This document shows, in pieces, positions 1 through 13,905 of a DNA stretch of 64,000 bases. Position 1 is the first letter of the stretch; each line of letters starts with the position of its first letter. Origin of the DNA: Camelus dromedarius (Eukaryota); the NCBI RefSeq assembly GCF_036321535.1, contig NC_087438.1, positions 92,194,001 to 92,258,000 on the forward strand. The letters run 5' to 3'. A model generated the notes under the pieces. That model was given only the letters and a program-made list of their open reading frames with translations, was not told the DNA's origin and made no database searches. A program made the translations under genes and the position numbers.

Positions 1-29
1 TTAAAGGAATAAAAATCCTTGTCTCGTTG

Positions 30-2242
<2,213 letters not shown>

Positions 2243-3537
2243 CGGTTCCCGAGGCTATAGCTTGGTTGCTCCAACCGGGCCTGCCTCACAGTCTAAGCCT
2301 GCCCGAGATGGCTGTCCAACATCTTCGGCTCCATCTTGTTTCCAGCTTTGTCCACTGTAGCCTGTTCTACGCATGTGGGCCTATGCCTTCAGCTTCTGTA
2401 TGAAGCTTGACCTTTCTCAGTGATGGGATTCAAGATCTCAGTGAGAGCCTCCTTTGAAGAATTCCAGAAGTCAGGCTTGAACTTTGGAAATTCGAAATTT
2501 AAGATCAAAGTTAAGGGGCAGCAGCTGGTCTGGCCCCTGAATGAGTTAACCCAATGCTTCTGCATCTATACACTCCCAAGCCAGAATTAGAGCTTTGTGT
2601 GATGATGGATGTTTGTCTGCATTAAGATATGTAGTGCTTTTGTAATCCGATGCTTTTATCCTGTTTTTAAATTGAAATGAGGTAAAACAATTTTCATAAA
2701 GTAACCTTTTGAAATTATATTTTTCCAAAATGTTCACTTTTCAATCTTTTGCTAAATATTTTGGAATTCTATTTAACAGGAAAAAAAAGATGATCAAGAT
2801 CTAAAGGAAATTAGTCCCAACCAACAAAACCCTTGAATGGTTATCTACCTCATTTTAGGCAATCAAGATTCTAGAGTCTTGAACACAGTCTTGAAAACAT
2901 TGTGAATGTAATTAATTTCAGTTGTACTGTGAATGCTAAATATTAGAAAACAAGTATATCTTGGGAGTAAAAGTGATTTAACAATAAGAGAAAAGAGACA
3001 TTTTGTCAAATATATTTAATTTGTGGTTGTCTTTATGGTGAAATATAAACATATGTCTTTGGCACTGGTGCCTGGATATTTTAATTTGGCATGAATATTT
3101 AATTTTTAGAGAATGATATATTTAGGAATTGCACCATTGTGCCATGTTTCTGAATCTGTGACTTTCAAATCCAGCTGAGCCTTTCAGTGCATTAGGTGAA
3201 CATTCAAAGAAAAAAAAAATGTTTCTGCATTACACCAGGAAAATAACTGGTTAAATAGTAATAGATATAATTAAGGAGCAACTATTTTATATGAAGGTTC
3301 TGTACAAACAAAAAGTACATGATATCCGTTTTAAAATGCCATCTGAAAGCAAACAACTTATAGCAAAATTAGAAATGCAGAATCTCTGCTCAGTTACCTT
3401 AGAGAGGCGTGGCTTAACTTCTCTGTATCTTTGCTCCTATTTGTAATTGAGAAAGTTTTAGGTATTGCCAAGATTTCTCAGGTTCAACACAGTGTAATTA
3501 TAATGGCTCTTCATCTATTTTAAAGATGTGGTATCTA

Positions 3538-4189
3538 AAAACAAACAAACAAACAAACACACACACACACACCCAAGAAAGGGAGGGTAGGTGTAGCTCA
3601 GTGGTGGAGCACATGCTTAGCATGCAGGAGGTCCTGGTTCAATCCCTAGTACCTCCATTAAAAACAAAACAACTCCTTTAAGGGAGGCATCAGACGTTTT
3701 ATTTCCTTTGAATTGCCAAGGCTAGGAACTCTCTTAACCTTTAACACAGATTACTGGACTTCTCTTAACTAATCAAAATAAGATGACATAATATGGTAAT
3801 AAGAAGAAGGAATCTGACTTCGGGCAGAAAGGAAGCAACTACTCTGTTTTATTTAAAACAGAAGGTGTAGTGGTCCCTCAAACATGGCTTGATCAGGGTC
3901 AGTTGTGAATGAGGTGATGTGTTTCCACTTCTCCATCCCTCTCTCTATTCTAGGCTCTCCCTCAGCCTGCTTCAGTCTACCACTAACTCTTCAAACTCTT
4001 AGGTTGTCACCTCCTTTTGTGTGAGAGAAAAAAGACTTGATGGATAAAAACATAAACTTACTTTGTTGACTACTGAATTCATCATTCTGTGAAAACCTTT
4101 CACTTTGTGAATGTGTGAATAAAATCTGTTATTAAAAAAAAAAGACAAAACAAAACAACAACAAAACCAACAAAAAACCACACACACAT
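3538..4189 (+). mobile_element. About 650-bp retroposed insertion (non-autonomous, L1-type) flanked by a 16-bp target-site duplication
   Basis: aaagatgtggtatcta (3522-3537) and aaagatgtggaatcta (4190-4205) match at 15/16. The left copy sits at a TTTT/AAAG nick site. AATAAA at 4118-4123 is followed by A10 (4134-4143) and a decayed A-rich tail. Confidence 0.6.
3581..3672 (+). mobile_element. tRNA-Ala-derived SINE (camelid vic-1-like)
   Basis: gtgtagctcagtggtggagc A-box, cttagcatgc anticodon-loop remnant, ggttcaatcc B-box, A-rich tail. Four more copies in the window. Confidence 0.85.
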
Positions 4190-6295
4190 AAAGATGTGGA
4201 ATCTATTTGCTCAACCAATCTATTTTATATCATATTGTGATAATACTCTGCTTTTGCAAGTTGTGTTTGCATGTCATTAGTTATACCAAATCATTTTTGT
4301 GGCACAATACAGTGGGCCTCCTCTCCCATATATATATCAGTAAGGCCTCTGAAATTATTTAAGGCAGTCCTTCATGGAATGTTTTGATTTAAGCAATGAA
4401 ATAAACAGTCTCCCACTTTGTTCCTGCTTCTGTGATGTACTTTCCTTAAACATTATACAGCACTCGCTACCCTATTTTTCTTTTCTTTCTTTTCTCCTCA
4501 TCCTTCTTCTGCCTCTTTCAAGCATTCCATTATTGAAAGAATTTGGATTTCTCTGCAAAATAAATAAGTCAACCAAACATGGATATGGTAGCCAAAAACT
4601 GTAGGCCTTGATCTGACCTTTCTCACCTTTCTTCCTTGGAACTCTAGCTAAGCTGCATAAATTATTTTTAAATGCAAATTAAATCTTCTGCCTCTGCAAA
4701 AAAAAAAAATGATGGGAGGCAATAATTAAAGCAATCTGAGTAACTGAAGGTCGAAGTAGAGGACAGAATAAAACATTAGAACTTTTTTCATGGTAGAAGA
4801 AAGTCTTGACAGAGAGGTAACAAAGGTCACAAACACGGGTATGACTAGCTTTGAGAAAGACAAAATATAAACCAGCAGAGTAGTAAGAACAATAACTAAT
4901 GTTTATGGCACACCTAAATCAGAGGAGGGTTCTTGAGTCACCAGAAGAACCTCTGTGTTTCAGAAGGGTGTGCTGCAAGCCTTCCAAGTGAAATAAAAAC
5001 ACTGGCAAGAGTTTAGGAACAATAAGCCTAAAACTCAGGTGTTAGAAACCACTGCTTTTTCCCTGCAGGCTGAGACTTTCTGAAACTGTAAGGTAAGTCA
5101 GTAGAAAATTAGTTTGATATGCATATGAAAAGTTTTTGAGAACAATATATGCCTGGCAGGAGGTATGCCTGTGGAAGGGTATTTCCAGCAACTAAAAGAA
5201 AAAAAAAAAAAGTTGTTCTTGGGGTAAGGCAATTTAGATGGTTAGAATTATCACAGGGAAAAGAATCACTCCTCTTAATGGGGGAAAAGTTAATTGCTGG
5301 TGTAGATGTGTATGAGTCATCCATAGCAACTTTTTAATAACGTTTTACATTTCCTCTCAGGAGGTTGAAAGCTGTTCTTGAGCATGTATCACTTACCTAA
5401 TGGAGACTAGGGTATATGGGAAATGTATATATGACCTGTGTGTACTAAGTGCCAGGCAGGGTTCTAAACACTTTGCAGGTATTAACCATCACCTTATAAG
5501 GTATGTACTGTTAGTTCTCTCACAGTTGGGGTGGCATCCTGGTGCTCTTTTCCATGACAAAGTCCTGTTGCAGAAAAAAAAGGTGGTCTCATCTCAGCCC
5601 TTTATTCTCTTAGTGACCTTAGGGGAGTCACCCAGTTTTCCAAAGTCCATTTCCCTCCTCTGTGGGACCTAGGGCTGGCAGTACCTATCTCACAGGCTGT
5701 GGGGAGGGAGGAGAACAGGAAGTGAGAAGGCAGAGTTACTAGTGAGTTGCAACACCATCCTGAAACATTACCAGGAGTGCTGGGTTGGTCCCAAAGTGCT
5801 ATCTGGCTGTATTCCAAAACCAAATAGCTCATATTTGTAGCTTTGCTTTACATGATCATTCTTTTACTATATTAATAGTTGCTTATATAAACAACATTGA
5901 CTCTACTAGGAAAAATGTATTCCCACAAAAAGGAAAGTACCCCATATTCTGTGAGTGGTATCACTTTAATTAAAATATCACTATGCCTTTCCTAAAGCAC
6001 AATCCTCACCCCCAACTTCCAGACCTAAACAGGCTTCATTCAGTCTTCTGGAATGAAAGCACCCCTCCACACGCAGTTATAAAACTAAGCCCACCCAGGA
6101 CCCACATTCTCCCTCCTTTTTTTTGCCTTTTCTTGGAAGAAATTATTTGACGTCCAATAAGTAGACGCTGTGTTGCTCTTCAGATAGCTTTTTGCCTTGA
6201 ACCTGCGGTTGGCGTTAACCTTCCAGATCTGCCACACCTCTGGACTTGAACCTGTGGAGCAGAGGTGGACTCAGGTATTACTGCGGGGAAGAGGA

Positions 6296-6358
6296 AAGAG
6301 AGAGAGAGAAAGAGAAACAGAGAGAGAGCTATAGAGAGAGCGAGCGAGAGAGCGAGCG
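6296..6358 (+). repeat. Imperfect (GA)n/(GAGC)n purine-rich microsatellite
   Basis: gaaagagagagagagaaagagaaacagagagagagctatagagagagcgagcgagagagcgagc read directly. Confidence 0.85.
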
Positions 6359-6619
6359 CCAGACCTCCACCCCAGAGGAGGGGAAAAAAAGTCCTCCCAG
6401 TGAGAAGTTGGTGCTGCTTTAAATTTCAAAGACAGCAGGTAAACATTCATCTTAACTGTCAGTCTAAACTGTGGCCAGGCTGTGACCGTAGGGGGCCGTT
6501 GAGAGGACTGCTTTACAGCAGTTGCCTCCCTTCCCTCCACCCCCCACATTCCCCTTTCACCTCTGCAGTCCCCAACCATATTTGACCTAAATGTCCTCGT
6601 AAGCTTCTGAATTACATGT

Positions 6620-7000
6620 GACTGAACAGCGCGGTGATCTGTTCCCGCGAGGATCCCTGAGGTTAAGCCAGCTGCTCGCCGAGGTACGCCGTGTGCCGAG
6701 CAGGCTGTTCCAGCCAGATTGCGCGCCGGTTTGGGGCACTGCGGAACACTGCTTCCCTACTCGGTTTCCAATTTACAGTCTGAAGGTAAAAAGTACACTA
6801 ATTAAATCCATATTAGGAGGAGCGGCGGAGGCGGGATGAGGCGAGCGGGGGAGGCGGCCGCGGGGCTGCCTGTTGCCCAGCAACAACCGCGCTCTCCAAA
6901 GTCGGGGTGGAGCTCCGCAGGCCGCCAGGCTGGTGGCGGAGCCAGCAGGCGGGGGCGCGGGCGGCTCGAGGAGGGGCAAGCAGAAACCCCAACAGAGAAC
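6620..7000. promoter_or_regulatory. Small orphan CpG island between SOWAHA and SHROOM1
   Basis: Local CpG cluster with no recognisable coding exon. Confidence 0.55.
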
Positions 7001-7344
7001 TCAAAAAAAAAAAAAAAAAAACCCTCTTTTCCACCCTGGGAACTAAATAGGGCTCTTTTTGATACTGATACTCGAGATCAACACCCCCAGCTTCCCCGTC
7101 CCCACTCCGCATTAACAACAATTATCGAACGAAGGCCTAGCAAAGGAAAGTGAGCCAACCTTCCCTTAGCTGGTTGACCAGAATTTCTTTCCGACAGAAG
7201 CGAAAAGGATCAGCCCCATCCAGCCTTCAGGCTCAACAGGGGCACTGCTCAGGACAAGGCACAGTCCCTATGACTAGCTCAGAGGGCCTGGTAGCTGGGG
7301 AGGCTGCGGGTGGTAAAACGTAGGTAGTTTTCATCATAAGGGAA

Positions 7345-7363
7345 ACAGCGCCCTCTGCTGGCA
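7345..7363 (-). promoter_or_regulatory. CTCF binding motif
   Basis: Reverse complement TGCCAGCAGAGGGCGCTGT contains an exact match to the CTCF core CCASYAGRKGGC. Confidence 0.7.
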
Positions 7364-9356
7364 GTGTCCGGGAGAGTGGAATTCACCGGGGTTCTAGTAC
7401 TGTCCTCCCTCCCTCCTCCCACGCGAAAGTCTTAGTCTCTGGTGGCAATACCGAACACCTGTGGAGAGCGCATTCTTGCCCTATGAAGGAATAACGGGGT
7501 GTGGAAGGGAGATGAACTGGGGCAGGAAGGAGAAGGAGGCAAAATGGAAGGACGGGCGGAGTAGGTGTGGCCCAATTCTGTGAGCTCTCTCTATCTGGTA
7601 GAGACAAGCACAGAAGCCTCATATTTCCCCATGGGGGAAAAAAACAGCAAAAAACCAAAATGCAGTTTAACCGGACAGTGGCAGACACTGCTTCCCATGT
7701 CCATCCCGCTTTGGGAGTGCTTTGTCTGAAATACACAATTTCCACTGGCCTAATGGACGACATTAAATGTGTTTCTAAGAATATCACAATGGGAGAATGT
7801 AATGCGGACTGTACAGGGCAAAAGGTAGAAATAAGTAGATTCCATCTAGACGTCAGCTGGCCCGGTCGGCCGAGAACCTTGGAGCGGAGGCCCCGCCCAC
7901 CGCGTTCAAAGCAGAGAAGCAAAGCATAATGTTAGAACCCACAACTGCCTCAGCAGGAGCCTCATATGTTTTTTATAAAAAGACACAATGTGAGCATTGT
8001 TCTGTGTTCAATAGCGCGACTGTTATAACTAATGCTTTTGGTATGAATACGACCATTTAAAATTCCCAACCAGTTGCACTTAGTGACAATATGCGTCAGA
8101 AAGCAAGCCCAGAAGCAGAGATTTCTCACTTTGGGGTCAGTTGGCTTTAGATACACATACACATGCCTATTAATGTGCCCAGCTTCCAAAAATACACTGA
8201 ACATTTGCATGAACAATGTTCTTGTCCCTGCCCTTGCAGCTACAAATAGTAAGGCAGATTTTCACATGTATATTTGAGAACCTAACATTGATTCTGTGTC
8301 CACAGGGCTGATACACAAATAGAGGGGAGTGTGTATCCTGTGTTTCATACCACTCTAGCCCTTAACTTTCCACTCCCAACCCCAGCCGACCCCCAAATTG
8401 GCATCTCTAGAACACAAGCAAAGCTGCCCCTGCAGGTCTGCAGCCTCCTTGCATAATAGGTCTCCAGGTCCCCCATGACTCAGCTTCTACCTTCCAACTG
8501 CCCTCCTCAACTCTGGTTGCTCCAGTGGGGTCTCCAAAGAAGAGATAAATTCAATTTTGATAACATAATTGGAAGAGGAAGAAAGTTCTTTCCGGGTCTT
8601 TGAATGAATGTTTTCATATGTCCAAGTTTACTCGACATTCATCAGGGGTTTTATGCAGCAAAGCGGCTGAACCCATTTGGGGAAATTCCATATCCCTTGA
8701 GTCTTGAAGGGAGGCAGTACCCGACTTCCACTACTGAGGATGGGGGCTTTGTCCCTGGCAAGGAGACCTGGACTGAGCCAATCAGGCCTAGGCTTTTGTA
8801 GTAATGATGCAGAACAATTAGAGATAACTGGTTAGCAGCATCCCCCCTGGTCCCTCCTGTTTTCAAGCCTGTTTCTCCCGTCTTCCTAGCCATCCCCAGA
8901 CCTGAGTGATGTCCACCAACAAATCTCTCTTCTACTCTAGTCAGGCAGGGTTGGTGTCTGTAGTTCTCAAACCAGATCCCTTCTCCAAGCCATGCTTCAG
9001 GTGATATGCACACTTCTCACATCAATTTTTTTTTTAATTGAGGGGGGGAAATGGCCATTTTACATCATAAGTTGAAATTCTCCTCTAATTTGTCTCCTCT
9101 CCCTCCACCAACCCTGACCCAGCCTCTTTCTCATAACAAAAAGGGGAAATACTGCAGTATTTTAAATCCGTAAGTTAATTACCAAATAATCCACAATACT
9201 TGGGTAAGGCCACATGGGAACACTTGTAAGACGCATCCTGGAAAGGCCAGACCTGGATCTTCCCCACTTCGAGAGAAAAGCACCGAATAAACCAGCACAC
9301 CCTGAATCTCGTGGGTGAGAAGCAGGGGCAATGCTCCCCGTCCCCACAGCCTGTAA

Positions 9357-12300
9357 CTAGATGAGGAGAGGAGGGAAGGGCAGTTTATTCGGAGGACAGG
9401 TCCCTGGGGACCAGGCCGGCCTGGGAGGCGGGGGATGACCGCCAAGGTCTCCCCTGACGGCGTCCAGCTGGTCCTGAAGAAGGCGGACCCGCTCATCTAG
9501 GCTGCGCTGCTGGGCCAGGACGGCGGCCTTGCCGGCCAGCAGGGAACAGTAGGCGCGCAGCTCCTCGGCGGGCAGTGCGCGCACCAGCACCTCCCGCAGG
9601 GCCCGCTCGCGCCGCGCCACGTGCTGCTTCAGCTCCTTGGCGTCTTCCTGCTGCCGCTGCAGGAGCCCGAGGCGCTGCAGCAGAGAGGCCTGGAGCCGCA
9701 GGGGGAGGGCACAGTGAGCGGGGCGAGGGTGCCGCCGCCCCCGGGATGGCTAAGACCGAACCGCAGGCCCCGCCCCGCCCCGCTCCGCTCTCCCCAAGCC
9801 TGAAGCCATTACCTGCTCATCAGGGTCGCCGTCTGCGCCCGCCCGGGCCAGGGCGCGGCGCACGCGGGCCAGGCGACTGCCCAGCAGCAGCAGGAGGCCA
9901 AGCACTCGCTCTAGGTCGACCATGAACCGGCTGAAGCGCTCGAGCACGTGGGGTGCACAGGCCCGGCCCACCGCGGCCTCCAGAGCAGCCCCGCGCCTGG
10001 CCCAGGCTTGGGCCGCCTCCTGCAGTCGCTCCTGCTCCTCTTGAAGGTCCCGGAGCATCTTTTGGAGGAGGTCGGCCAGCTCCACCTGCCGGCAGGGCGT
10101 GGGTACTTAAGACTGGAGCCAGGCCCCTGACTTCTCAGCCCAGACTCTTGCCACACCCAGCCTCCTCCAACCCCTCCACACCCACTTTCTTGGCTTGGAT
10201 GCTGTTATTTGGCTCAGGCAGACCCTGGCCACATGGCTGGTCTGGCACAGCGTGGGTGTTAAGGTTTCCAGGCTTTGTCTCCTCCTGAGAAGTTGGCAGG
10301 CCCTGGGTGGAGTTAAGTAGATAGGACCTGGGGACAAAACCAGAGCTCCTGGATTGTACTGCCCCAGATTGCAGGGGCTTAGAATCCCCTGATTCCCTGG
10401 TGCCCCTCACTCACCCTGGCTTAGAAGTACCAGAAGCCTCCTCTCCATCTTCTCCACAGGCTGGCCTCATTGCAGCCCAGACCTCAGCTAAAGGAATCAG
10501 CCCATCCAGCAGGCCCAGGGATGGCTCTGGGCTGGGATAGGAGGTTAGAGTGTCGCTCAGAGAGGGATCCAATCTAGCCAGCTCCTGAACCAGCTCCTCG
10601 AGGCGTGGACCGGGCCATGTTGGCCTGGAATAAGGCTGGCCAGTGGCCCAAGCCAGGGCAGTGTGGTCAGGAGGCCCTGGGGTGTCATTGCCTGAAGGTC
10701 CCAGGGTATCAACTGGGAGAGGTTTGAAGGGGTCAGTCTCTGCAGCTGTTGGGGAGTCAGTGGTCAGCAGTTCAGTAGGGTCAATGGTTGGGATGTCACC
10801 ATTTGCAGTGTTAGGGGGGCTACAGCATGTAGGCCTGGAGACACCCACAGAACCATTTACCCCCTGCCAGCAGTCATCTGTCCCTGCAGTCTCTGGGCAC
10901 TCATGGAGGGGCTGCTGTGGTGGGATTATAGTCTGGTCAGCCCTTTGGCCCAAGCCAGCCCCGTACTTCTGGTTAGAGGCATGGACACTGGAAGCGAAAG
11001 AGACACTGAATCAGAAAAAGCTCTGGCCAAAGATAACTGGCCAAGGGCCACCTGTCCCCACCCTCACCCCCTGGCTCCCAGGCTCCAGCTAGGAGAGTTC
11101 TCTGCTCCTCCAGCATTTTGTAGATATGTGTAGAAAGGGAGTGTCTCACTCTGCTTGAAAGTCTGAGGAAATTCACCTGGTTGGGAGCCCTGGGGGACCA
11201 TGGGAGTCTGGAGGTGACCTCATTCTGACCATTGGGGCTTCTTCCAGGAAAACTTCATCATCAGGAAGGGATGGGAGCCGGGCAGACACAATGTAGATCC
11301 CTGAGGCCCTCTGCTCACAGTCAGAGGGACTGCTCTGGAGTCCCTCTGCAGGACACACCACTGCAGCTTCCTTCAGAGTCGGGAACCTGGAGGCAGGGAC
11401 CCCACACTGACCACAGTGACCAGGAAGGAAGATCCTGGTTCTGCACCAGGGAGAGAGTAAGGTGTAGGGGTGGGGGAATTAGGGGATGTGATTTGGAAAA
11501 GACAGAAGGCTCAAACTGAGGGTAGGTGCAAGGCCCTCTTCTTTCTTGAACAAGAGCTATGAAAGCTGCCTTCCCCCAACTTTCAGTCCCCAAAGTGGTT
11601 CATATCTCTCACCTGGGAAGTCTGGTCTGAAACGATGGTCTAGGGGTTTCTGCTCCTTGGGGAACAGCCTGGAAAGGCAAGCAGTTGGATGAAATGTTGC
11701 TTAAGTTTTCAGTCTTACAGATGCCCCCACCCCAGGCTTGCAGCCACTATACCTGGGCAGTGGACTTGACCCCTCCTGGACTTCCCCAGGGAGTCAAGAC
11801 TTCGCCAGAAGCGCTACGACCCCGCCTGGCCAACCTGTAGGCGTTGTCGAACTTCAAGGACCAGGGTTTCAGGTCCTTTATGCCTCGGGGCTGGGTCACA
11901 GGCAGCCATCTGATCTGGTGACCTTCAAACTCTGCCAGCGTCCGCTGCTGCCATTCCTGGAGCTCGGGCCTGGCGAGGCCAGAGCTGGAGCAGACCTCTC
12001 CGGAGCATTGCTCCGCCAACCCACCTCCCCGACCCACGCGATCCAGCTTCCCTGGCTCGGAGAAGCACCACTTCCGCTGCTGACTGGCTAAACGTCCCTG
12101 GCCCACGGTTCCCGGCACGGAAGCCCCGGGGCGCGCCGGCTCCACTTCCCCGCCCGGGTGGCTGAGCGAGGCGGAGCGCGTTTGCGCGGCGGGGGGCCGG
12201 ACGGGGGCCGCGGGCCGCAGGCGGGCGGGTAGGCTCATGCGGAGCTCCTTGCGCTGGAAGGATGTCTCCCGGAGCACTCGCCGCTGCGCGCCCTGCAGCC

Positions 12301-12703
12301 GCTGGCGGTAGGCCGCCCGCGAGGCCGGTGGACTGGGCGGCTCGGCAGCCCGCGCCGCGGCCTCCGCCTCGGCCGCCAGTGCGTACAGCAGCGGGGTGGC
12401 CTGCCGGCTGAGCGGCCCCGGGGTCCCCTGGACCTCGGGGGGACGCGGCCCACTGCGTGCGGCGGCCGCGGGCGGGGGCTGCGGGGAGGTGCGAGGGCCG
12501 CCCCACACCACGCGCACGTAGTCCCAGTCCAGGTAAGGAAGCTGGTGGGACCCCGGCGACGGCGTGCGAGGCTCGGCACCGCCGGAGGCAGCGGAGAAAG
12601 AGCTGTAGGCCGAGTCGGCGCGCGCGGACAGCCGCCGTAAGTCCAGGCTGCGAGTGGACGAGGCTGGGGAGGCGCGGTCACCTCCGGGACCCAGGGCCTC
12701 CAT
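9357..12703 (-). CDS. SHROOM1: Shroom family member 1 (ASD1 and ASD2 domains), 845 aa, 7 coding exons
   Basis: Coding exons 12703-11753, 11668-11613, 11386-11177, 10987-10415, 10327-10186, 10085-9813 and 9689-9357. All introns are GT-AG and the phases join (951+56+210+573+142+273+333 = 2538 nt). Starts MEALGPGGDRASPASST; the ASD2 helix LERVLGLLLLLGSRLARV matches recalled SHROOM1. Confidence 0.95.
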
Positions 12704-13339
12704 GGCTGCACGGACGAGAGCGGAGGGCCGGACGGGGGCCGCGGGCCGCAGGCGGGCGGGTAGGCTAACTGGCTAACTCCGAGGGGCCTGGAAGAGCATA
12801 GACGGCATGGTGGGTGAGGAGCTCCGGGTAAGGGTGCTGGCCTCTCCGACACGGACAGCCACGTGCTTAAACATCCCCTCCCTAGTTACAGGATCCTTAG
12901 CGCGGACATTGCCCCCTCCCCCAGTAAGGGATAGTAGTAGTGGGACCAGGCGAGCAACTCTGGAGGTTGAGGGCCTTTGCTCAGGGGAAGGAATGGCGAC
13001 TAGCCCACTCCCTGCTGGGGCTCTCCTGGATGGCAACCCTGGCCTCTACCCTGGCACCTCCTGGAGCACTGAGAATGTACCCTTACTCTCCGCCCCCTCC
13101 CCCCAACACTGTCCCACCCAGTTTGCTTCCTGGCTGCTTTGTTAGCTTCTCCATGTGATCTTTCCCTGATAAACAATGGTCAAGAACATTCTGAGATCAC
13201 AGGGGAGCCAAGGAAGGAGGTGGGACAACCCAGGTCAGGTGGCAGGGGCAGCTTCACCGCCTTTCTCCCGCCGTCTGGGCCAGTTATGTTCCGGGTGCTT
13301 TATATACATATTTATCTTGAACCCCACAATTGCCCATCT

Positions 13340-13445
13340 GCATTTTGCAAACGAGGACACTGAGATTCTGAGGGGGAAATGATTTGCCCACAGGCACGCA
13401 ACTGGTCAGAGGCAGAGCCATGCCTGGAATTTGGGCCTGCCTCCA
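13340..13445 (-). mobile_element. MIR SINE fragment
   Basis: cccatctgcattttgcaaacgaggacactgag...tgatttgcccacagg resembles the MIR core. Similar remnants near 5630-5720, 19430-19600, 22530-22610, 27270-27450, 40720-40890 and 41480-41640. Recognised from memory. Confidence 0.6.
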
Positions 13446-13699
13446 ACTCCACTGCAGCCAGAATCAATTTCCTAGAAGCAAACCCTGCTGAAAGCCAGTT
13501 TACCCCTGCCCCTCAGATGACGGAAGCCTCCAACAAAGCCCAGACTACACTGTGGGAAATAGTCCCTTCCACCCCCTCAAAATACTGGCACAATCTAGGA
13601 TAATATGGTCCCTGCTTGGGAGACCCTGCCTTTTGTCTAAGAATGACAGGCTCACACCCTCTTTGTCCTGCCACTCAGTTCCTCCCACAAGGCTCAACT

Positions 13700-13905
13700 T
13701 AGCAGTCTCCTGATTCTTGGGAATCTCGACAGTGTCCTGAGCTTCCCTCATCACAGCACTCATTACTCTGCATTGACTGCTGGCTTGCTTGTGATTCCCT
13801 CTCCCCACTCCTACCCCTGAACTTCCTGAGGACAGGCCCTGCACTTCTTCAGTCTGTATCCTCAGTGCCCGGCATGTACTCAGTGTCAAGTATTTGTTGA
13901 ATGAC
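13700..13905 (+). mobile_element. L2 LINE 3' remnant
   Basis: ctgaacttcctgaggacaggcc...gtatcctcagtgcccggc...aagtatttgttgaatga is a typical L2 terminus. Another L2-like stretch lies at about 29900-30260. Confidence 0.55.

Noticed and set aside
6265-7153. ORFs of about 100 aa across the GA repeat and CpG island
   Set aside because: Low-complexity translations (ERERK, FFFFF, KKKKK), mostly non-ATG starts and no homology I can recognise.
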